From a virus (taxonomy: Duplodnaviria > Caudoviricetes): a stretch of 60,505 bases of DNA. The notes under the pieces were generated by a model that did no database searches, was not told the origin of the DNA, and worked only from the letters and a program-made list of their open reading frames with translations. Both the position numbers and the translations under genes were made by a program. How positions within the stretch are numbered: position 1 is the first letter of the stretch; each line of letters opens with the position of its first letter. Positions 10,235-16,797 of the stretch are shown piece after piece. The stretch covers positions 1 through 60,505 of the IMG/VR virus record IMGVR_UViG_3300031672_000001. One strand, given 5' to 3'.

Positions 10235-10241
10235 GCAAGAC

Positions 10242-10580
10242 GTGTCCGAGAGGCAGAAAATCGTCCGGGTCACGATCAAGGACTGCGAGGTTCAGACGTT
10301 CCGGTCGGGCGGCAAGGGCGGCCAGAACCAGAACAAGCGCGACACCGGCGTCCGAGTGATCCACGCTCCGTCAGGCGCACGAGGCGAGAGCCGCGAGGAG
10401 CGCACACAGCTCCTGAATAAGCGCGCAGCCTTCGGGCGCATGGCTCGCTCAAGCGAGTTCACACGCTGGATCAACATGGAGACCGCGCGTGCCCTTGGCG
10501 AGATGGAGCGCCAGGTCGATGATGAGATGCGACCCGAGAACCTGCTCGTCGAGCACGGACCGTTCGCTGAGGCTGCGTAG
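10242..10580 (+). CDS. class I release factor GGQ-domain protein (peptidyl-tRNA hydrolase-like)
   Basis: FRSGGKGGQNQNKRDTGVRVIHAPSG...REERTQLLNKRAAF. Confidence 0.9.
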   Translation: MSERQKIVRVTIKDCEVQTFRSGGKGGQNQNKRDTGVRVIHAPSGARGESREERTQLLNKRAAFGRMARSSEFTRWINMETARALGEMERQVDDEMRPENLLVEHGPFAEAA

Positions 10581-10606
10581 CGCCCCCGCCGCTCACAGGG
10601 AGCGGG

Positions 10607-11055
10607 CTAGCTCCAGAGCTCGCGCAGTTCCCGACGGAGCCGATCCAGCGAGGTCGAAGACGGGGCGAGCAGCTTCCAGAACGGCCAGATGGCGATCAGC
10701 ACCGCCGATTTGATGAACTTGCGAGCGAATGGCATTCAGTCCCCCAGACCTTTGATCGCCCAAACGATCCCGGCGATCCCAGCAGCACCACCGAAGCCCG
10801 TCACGAGCATGATGAACGCGATGTCCTCTAGCTGTTTCCATAGCTCGTGCGGCCAGCCGGAGATCGTCTGCACATCCATACCGGCCACTAGCAGGCATAC
10901 TGCTACTCCGCACAGCGCGGTGAATGACCGTTCGATCATGCGTCGAGCCCGGTACGCGGACACCATCGGCACGAGCATCCGATGCCGGGGTCATCCTCGC
11001 GCCAGTCATGCCAGCCGAGGCGACAGAGGATTTGTGTGTGGAGTAGTCGCTTCAT
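10607..11055 (-). other. three small genes, two with hydrophobic segments (10607-10735, 10736-10939, 10936-11055)
   Basis: coupled ORFs: MPFARKFIKSAVLIAIWPFW..., MIERSFTALCGVAVCLLV..., MKRLLHTQILCRLGWHDW... Confidence 0.5.
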
Positions 11056-11582
11056 GACGGTGGCCCTCCCGGATGTGCGTCCCCGTTCGCCATCAGCGCC
11101 GTGTGCGCCCTCGGGACTGCGTGCTGGTCGATGAACGAGAACTCCGGGCCTTCGTAGCGCTGTAGGAGCCACGCCGGGTAGGTGATCTCGTGGATGCCCG
11201 TGTACTTGCCTCGATGGTGAGCAGCGCAGAGCACGAGCATGTTGCCCTCCCCGTCAACCCAGTCGGCGAGCTTCTGCCGGTCGGTGAGGTCGGGGAAGTC
11301 CGCCTCGACTTTGGTTAGATCAAGCCCGAACTGCGAGGCCCACTCGAAGCGGTAGTGGTGAGTCTCCATCGCGCCGCCTGTCGAATGACGGATGCCGCAT
11401 ATCCAGCACGGCGCGTCCATGTCGTAGACGAGGTGGTGGTGCGTCTTGACGTAGATCTCGCTCTCTGTGCGTGGCGGGTGAGGCGGATAGGCGACGCTCT
11501 CGTCGAGCTGCCGCGCGAGGATATGGCTACCTGGGGGGTTCGTCTGAAGCGTCTGTGTTGGGTCTGCGGCTGTAGTGGTCAT
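11052..11582 (-). CDS. HNH-like metal-binding protein
   Basis: CWICG...ETHH...NMLVLCAAHHRG...GIH. Confidence 0.65.
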   Translation of the reverse strand: MTTTAADPTQTLQTNPPGSHILARQLDESVAYPPHPPRTESEIYVKTHHHLVYDMDAPCWICGIRHSTGGAMETHHYRFEWASQFGLDLTKVEADFPDLTDRQKLADWVDGEGNMLVLCAAHHRGKYTGIHEITYPAWLLQRYEGPEFSFIDQHAVPRAHTALMANGDAHPGGPPS

Positions 11583-12418
11583 GCGACCAACTGCCTGAAG
11601 TCAGACGAGCCGCCGATCGCTACCAGCGTGGAGAGGTGCATCCGGAACGACCCAGCATCCCCCCAACTCGATCCCCAACTATTTCTAACGCGGATCACCG
11701 TGTTGAACGGGTCCACCTGGCCAGTCGGGAGGATCGTCAGCTTCTCGATCGCCGACTGGAAGGTCTCATGACCGCCAGCGACCCCCGACGCGATCGACGC
11801 TTCTATCGCCGAGACCGATCCGTCGCCGTCAACGAACCCATGAGCGTCAGGCTGCTCCCATGCGTAGAAGAACGGTGTCCCCTGAAGGATGCCGCCCGTC
11901 TGTAGCAATGAGACGATGCTCTGCGCGCCCGAAGCGATCTGTGCGCCCGAAGCGAGCTTGAGGCGCTGAAGCTCCGACACGATGTACGGCCCCGAGGACC
12001 CGCAGTCGGTCGGTGGCCACTCTTCCGACGGCTGGCCGGTCTGATCTGTGGATTCGTGGTAGAAGCGGATCGCCGCTTCCTCTGCGCACTTCGCCTGCGA
12101 GTAGACGTCCGCTTCGGCCTTCCAGCCACCGCTGCCGGCGGGCAGGATGAACTGTCCGAAATCGGCTTCGCTCAGCAGGTTCGACAGTGCCGAGACGGTC
12201 GCGTTAGCCGTACACGATCCGAGCGCGTCCACCTTCAGCGCGCCCGGAATCAAGACAGACGTGTCTATGCCTTGGGCTATCAGGTCCGACTGGTCAATCA
12301 CCCCGATCTTTGGCTCGTGATCGACCTCTTTGAGTGGGCCTCCCTGGTGGAAGTGGAGGCTCCGCGATGCGGACGGCGCCTCAGCCACATGGTAACGCCC
12401 ATAGGCCGGATAGCTCAT
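11579..12418 (-). CDS. papain-like (C1) cysteine peptidase
   Basis: LGSCTANA (Cys), GGHE (His), RNSWGSSWGDAG (Asn). Confidence 0.85.
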   Translation of the reverse strand: MSYPAYGRYHVAEAPSASRSLHFHQGGPLKEVDHEPKIGVIDQSDLIAQGIDTSVLIPGALKVDALGSCTANATVSALSNLLSEADFGQFILPAGSGGWKAEADVYSQAKCAEEAAIRFYHESTDQTGQPSEEWPPTDCGSSGPYIVSELQRLKLASGAQIASGAQSIVSLLQTGGILQGTPFFYAWEQPDAHGFVDGDGSVSAIEASIASGVAGGHETFQSAIEKLTILPTGQVDPFNTVIRVRNSWGSSWGDAGSFRMHLSTLVAIGGSSDFRQLVA

Positions 12419-12816
12419 GCGGGGACTGCCTTCGAGAGAAGTGCATGCGCGATGACAACAGCAGCGCCAACCACCGCAGTCGTGAGCGAGACGACCGTCC
12501 CCGCTGTCGTGTTCGAGATCAAGGCGAACGACACGACCAGAGAAACAGCCTGGCCGACGCCTGCGAGTATCCCCGTGGTCAACGCGGACGGTTCAATGCT
12601 TCCCGTGTGGACCGCATTGGCGATCAGGGTTGCGACGGCAATACCACTCGTGGTGGTGGCGATAATCAAACCCTCCTGGACGCTCGATATGAGGCCCAGA
12701 CCGACGATCATGCCCGTGAGGGCCGTGACGACCGTCAAGATCGTCGCGTTCAGACTAGACGCCTGTACTTTCAACTTCAGAGCCAGCTTCGTGTCGGCGG
12801 CCTTCAGAGTAGCCAT
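12415..12816 (-). CDS. 4-TM membrane protein, holin candidate
   Basis: four hydrophobic segments, lysis-region position. Confidence 0.6.
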   Translation of the reverse strand: MATLKAADTKLALKLKVQASSLNATILTVVTALTGMIVGLGLISSVQEGLIIATTTSGIAVATLIANAVHTGSIEPSALTTGILAGVGQAVSLVVSFALISNTTAGTVVSLTTAVVGAAVVIAHALLSKAVPA

Positions 12817-12828
12817 TTTCTTCCCTTT

Positions 12829-13062
12829 CTAACGCAACCGTTTCAGGAGCCGCGATGCGGCCCCACCAATATCTCCCGCGAGTATCGGCTCGCGAGCAGT
12901 GACCTTCTTGTCCTTCAAGTTGCAGACCGTCAATTCGTGGAGGTCCCGGTACTCACGGCCTCGCTTGCCTCGCACCATGCTCCCGACGGTGAGCCCGAGG
13001 AAACAGTGCTTTCGGGATGCTGTCTCAGAGAGGGATACGTACTCGACGCTTGCCTCAGCCAC
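12829..13062 (-). CDS. hypothetical protein
   Basis: ORF with AAGGAG RBS. Confidence 0.45.
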   Translation of the reverse strand: MAEASVEYVSLSETASRKHCFLGLTVGSMVRGKRGREYRDLHELTVCNLKDKKVTAREPILAGDIGGAASRLLKRLR

Positions 13063-13257
13063 TGGACCGCGCTCCTTAGACGTTTTCGATAGGACGTGTG
13101 GCAGGACGCGGGAAGTCCCACGGCTGCAACACGGGTTGATTGATCGGCGCTTGGGTCGTCGTCACTTCGGGGTGGACGACTTTGGGATACAGGCATTTCC
13201 ATTCGCCGTGATCCCGTCGCCCACACTCATGGCAGCGACCGCAGCAGGGACACGCGC

Positions 13258-14121
13258 TCACCGTAGGCTCCTAATCCCGCGCGCCCACAAAGCACACAGG
13301 CGGTTGTAGTGAGCGGAGGGATAGGCGTGTTTATAGGGCGGGTGCGCGCAGTTATGTCCATGCGGGTTGCGCTTGCTGTATGCGCCCAAGAGCCTCCCCA
13401 GTTCCACACGCCGCCGGCTCGGAGAGGGCTTCGGCTTAGGCTTGGGCTTAGGCTTCGGTGTGGGCTTGGGGCGCGGCTTGGGAGCAGGCACGAGCGCCGG
13501 ATGCGCGATCGACAAGAACGCTCGCGTCACACGCGACTCGTCTAGGTTGCGCCCGTACGCCCTGTCGGTCCACTGTGTCCCGTCAAACCCAGGATCAATG
13601 TGCGGCGCGCCGTTGTAAAACGCGTCCCACTCCCACACCTGAGAACGCGTGATCCGTGCCCGCTCAAGAATGGGACGGATCTGCGACGTCCACTCTGACC
13701 AGTCGGAATACACGCACGGCTTGCGCCATCCCGCTTTGATCTCTGAGTGGACCCAGCCGGGAACCTCGGATGGTGTCGCGTCGCCCGGCTCCACGTCTAG
13801 ACAGTCCGCGTGGTACCGGGCACTGATCGCGATGCTTACCGTGTGCGCTGAAGGAAAGGCTTTACGCAGTGGGATGAATGTCGGCCAATGTCCTGCCGTG
13901 TAGCCGGCGAGAGCGAACGGGTCGCGTGGTACCGTCGAGACCTCGATCGAGTCGAACATCGCCACGGTCGAAACCGGCGCAAGACCAAACGACGGCGGAG
14001 GACCAACCGTCGCCCATCCCGCAGGACGCGCACTACCCGTGGCGGACTGTGAAGGGCCGTGACCGCACCCCGCAACGATGAGCGCGGTGACGAGGGCCGC
14101 AAGAATAGTTACGCGTCTCAT
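13258..14121 (-). CDS. endolysin, GH25-like glycoside hydrolase with lipoprotein signal
   Basis: LIVAGC lipobox; LDVEPGD, PCVY, GTQW...DES motifs; Pro-Lys linker. Confidence 0.75.
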   Translation of the reverse strand: MRRVTILAALVTALIVAGCGHGPSQSATGSARPAGWATVGPPPSFGLAPVSTVAMFDSIEVSTVPRDPFALAGYTAGHWPTFIPLRKAFPSAHTVSIAISARYHADCLDVEPGDATPSEVPGWVHSEIKAGWRKPCVYSDWSEWTSQIRPILERARITRSQVWEWDAFYNGAPHIDPGFDGTQWTDRAYGRNLDESRVTRAFLSIAHPALVPAPKPRPKPTPKPKPKPKPKPSPSRRRVELGRLLGAYSKRNPHGHNCAHPPYKHAYPSAHYNRLCALWARGIRSLR

Positions 14122-14633
14122 TTGGTCGCCTTTCTTGAGCGGACAGCTTTCGGCTTCGGTGACGGCTCGATAAGCGCCCTGACTTCCTGGGTGAGCGCGT
14201 GGACCTGTTCTGTGAGATCCGTATTCGCGCGCAAGAGCTTCGTTTGTTCGTCGGCAAGCTCCTGACGGTGGTTCGCATCAGCAACTTCCCTAGCCTGGTC
14301 ACGCTTGCTTTGCGCCTTCTGGGCGATAATGACGAGCGACCCCGTGTAGAAGGCCACGCCCGAAAATATGAGGTTCAGGAGCACCCAAGGCACGGGATCG
14401 AACGACTTGCCGTGCTCCAGGTGTCTGACCGTTTCTTCGGCGTAGGGGATGGCGTTGTTGATGAGCACCCACGCGAGAATCAGCAACGATCCCATAACCA
14501 CGAACGCGGATGTTCCCATTGCGTTCGCGACTCCCTGGGCTACGCGCTCCATAAAGCTATCGCCGAAGACGTTCTTGCTCTGGTGCGCACGATGGTGGCG
14601 CATCGCGTCGCGGTTATGAGCGTGCTGGGTCAT
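14118..14633 (-). CDS. DUF1003-like membrane protein
   Basis: ERVAQGVANAMGT...AWVLIN...FDPVPWVLLNLIFS...IIAQ. Confidence 0.8.
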   Translation of the reverse strand: MTQHAHNRDAMRHHRAHQSKNVFGDSFMERVAQGVANAMGTSAFVVMGSLLILAWVLINNAIPYAEETVRHLEHGKSFDPVPWVLLNLIFSGVAFYTGSLVIIAQKAQSKRDQAREVADANHRQELADEQTKLLRANTDLTEQVHALTQEVRALIEPSPKPKAVRSRKATK

Positions 14634-14674
14634 ATGAAACTATCCGTCCTCCCTAGCGTTACAATGAAACGATC

Positions 14675-14953
14675 ATGGTTGCGCTCGCAACTAACATGGA
14701 TATGGAAGTGGAGTGTGTCCCCGGCGTCCTACGACGGCTCCGTGACTGCACCGTCGCTGACCTCGACCTTGCGCGCGAGATGGAAGGTCGAAGGGCGATG
14801 CTCAGGGTCGAGGCGGAGATCCTTGTCGGACGAGCAGCCGAGGGCGATATAGAACTGCCCGATGAGCTGCGTGAAGCGCTCTCCAATTGGAGCGGTTTAC
14901 TCCCCGAACTCGAAGCGCTCGTGAGCGAACTGCACGCAACCGTTAGAACGTAA
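14675..14953 (+). CDS. hypothetical protein on the opposite strand
   Basis: fills the gap between minus-strand genes; TACAAT at 14660-14665. Confidence 0.5.
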   Translation: MVALATNMDMEVECVPGVLRRLRDCTVADLDLAREMEGRRAMLRVEAEILVGRAAEGDIELPDELREALSNWSGLLPELEALVSELHATVRT

Positions 14954-15275
14954 CGCTACCCGTGGTCAAGTAGACGACAAATAGTCCGAGGCTCGCGACA
15001 ACCGCCCCTGTGGCAGCGAAAACGATCCCCTGCTTCCATGTCATGCGTCGATCCCTCTTGTTCGATTCAGCCTTGGTCTTAGCGGCTAGGATCTTGGCTA
15101 CTTGGGATTGGACCTCGTGGATGACTGCGATCTCCACATCGTGATTGTTCACCCTGCCGTTTGTGAGCGTGACTTGCGCCTTGATGGATTCGAGATCCTT
15201 GTCCTGGCGCGAAAGCCGGTCGTACAAGCCGACCAGGAGGTCACGGAATGACGGGGTGTACGTGTCGGTACTCAT
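14943..15275 (-). CDS. coiled-coil protein with C-terminal TM helix (holin-accessory-like)
   Basis: TLTNGRV motif; C-terminal hydrophobic helix. Confidence 0.65.
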   Translation of the reverse strand: MSTDTYTPSFRDLLVGLYDRLSRQDKDLESIKAQVTLTNGRVNNHDVEIAVIHEVQSQVAKILAAKTKAESNKRDRRMTWKQGIVFAATGAVVASLGLFVVYLTTGSVTF

Positions 15276-15308
15276 CGTGTCATCGGGCTCCCTGGTCGGT
15301 GAGTAGGA

Positions 15309-15482
15309 TCATTGTCTCGCTGCTCTGAAAGCCGCTTCGTCCTGATAGGCGAGGATCGCTTCCGTCATCGGACAGGAGTTGAGATCAGGAGACCACGCTT
15401 CCGTTTCGACAGGCTTCATGGAGCGTCGGTGCAGCTCACAAGCAGCTAGGAAACCCAGGGCTACGGCTAGAAGGGTGCGCAT
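15309..15482 (-). CDS. small putative exported peptide
   Basis: GGAGG RBS; MRTLLAVALGFLAAC. Confidence 0.45.
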   Translation of the reverse strand: MRTLLAVALGFLAACELHRRSMKPVETEAWSPDLNSCPMTEAILAYQDEAAFRAARQ

Positions 15483-15497
15483 CGTGTCCTCCCGTGG

Positions 15498-15526
15498 TTG
15501 CAATGGCTCGAACTTGGTGCTACGGT
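15498..15526 (+). promoter_or_regulatory. promoter for the plus-strand secreted-protein pair
   Basis: TTGCAA-N17-TACGGT with extended TG. Confidence 0.55.
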
Positions 15527-15592
15527 CCCCACGAAAGCGGCCGGGCAGCGCATAGAACGCCCCCGGCCCGGTCAAGCCCCAGGAGGCTCAAC

Positions 15593-16024
15593 ATGACCAG
15601 AGTAGCCACCATCCCCGTCATCTTCACGGCCCTCGTGTTCGCGGCCCCAGCCGTAGCGGCCCATCATCCCGGCCCCGAACTTACTAGGGGTCAGGCCCGC
15701 TATTACTCGGAAGTGGCGCTCCTGCGCTACTTCAAGGGTGGCTTTGACGCTGGGGGGTCACGTCCTTGCTCTGATTGCCAATTTGAACACCAGTTCAACC
15801 CCAACTGCACTAAGCGCCTCTCGCGCGTGCGGATTCGATGCGCGGTTGGGTGGTATCTGGGCGACTGGGCATTCAGCGGTCATACCACGATCTGGCTTAC
15901 TCCGGCATCGGGCGGTGGGATCGAATGGAACTATGCTTTTAGTATCAACCGGCTAGACACGTACTGCTCGGAAGTCGAACATCGTCCCGAATCGGTTTGT
16001 ACCAAGCAGTACCGGGTCAGGTGA
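15593..16024 (+). CDS. secreted Cys-rich protein (moron-like)
   Basis: AGGAGG RBS; signal peptide ending AVAA; six Cys. Confidence 0.75.
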   Translation: MTRVATIPVIFTALVFAAPAVAAHHPGPELTRGQARYYSEVALLRYFKGGFDAGGSRPCSDCQFEHQFNPNCTKRLSRVRIRCAVGWYLGDWAFSGHTTIWLTPASGGGIEWNYAFSINRLDTYCSEVEHRPESVCTKQYRVR

Positions 16025-16028
16025 CTCC

Positions 16029-16793
16029 ATGATGCTCAGGCGCATGGCTACCGCCGGTCTTGCTGTCCTTGCGTTGCTCACCATCCCAGCGATAGCCCAT
16101 GCCGAAGACCCGTTCTCGGGATGCGCCCTGGAAGAGCCAATAGTGTGCGCGGCAGAACGCAAGGAAGCCGCCGAAGAATCCTCGAAGAAGACCGAAGAAC
16201 AGGCACCCGCGACGCTCCTCAACGTGACGGTGCGCTCACATCATGGCTCTTTCTACGGCGACCCTGGCCACACTGATATCACCGTCACGACATCGCCCTA
16301 TGCTCGCGTAACGGTAACTGTAGGCACGGGACACGTTCGTTGGCGGCAGATGCCCAACGGCACGATTGTAACCCCAGACGAAGAACGGGTCGCAACCCCA
16401 GACTACGAAGGGACCGAACCTGGACCAGGATTCGTCGCGGTCTCATGGAGGTGCCGCGACCGGGGACAAACCGTCCATTTCTCTGTACAGGCACAAGGCG
16501 GCTCTGGACCACCACTCATGCGCACCGGACACTTCAAGATCCCCCTGACCGCCCGGTGGTGCGCCGCCGCCAAGCACAAGGAACAAACCGAGATAGCTCG
16601 CCATCATGTCGAAGAACGCAAGAAAGCGGCCGAACACGCACGGCGCGAACGCGAAAAGTACCAGCACGAAGTCGAACGCTATGAGACGACCTGTCGAGCT
16701 ATCGGCGGAATCCCAGTAGAAATACACACCAGCGAAGGCAACCGGATCGTCTGCCACAGCAAGACGGGCGGCGTCATCACGGTGCCGCAATGA
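16029..16793 (+). CDS. secreted protein (moron-like)
   Basis: signal peptide ending AHA; paired Cys; coiled coil. Confidence 0.75.
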   Translation: MMLRRMATAGLAVLALLTIPAIAHAEDPFSGCALEEPIVCAAERKEAAEESSKKTEEQAPATLLNVTVRSHHGSFYGDPGHTDITVTTSPYARVTVTVGTGHVRWRQMPNGTIVTPDEERVATPDYEGTEPGPGFVAVSWRCRDRGQTVHFSVQAQGGSGPPLMRTGHFKIPLTARWCAAAKHKEQTEIARHHVEERKKAAEHARREREKYQHEVERYETTCRAIGGIPVEIHTSEGNRIVCHSKTGGVITVPQ

Positions 16794-16797
16794 GTAG

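Noticed and set aside
10110-10240. c-di-AMP (ydaO) riboswitch upstream of the wall hydrolase
   Set aside because: Consensus elements such as GCTGAATCC and GTCAGCTAAC are not seen
13427-13482. GGCTT(A/C/G) tandem repeats
   Set aside because: They encode the Pro-Lys linker of the lysin and are not a CRISPR or regulatory array
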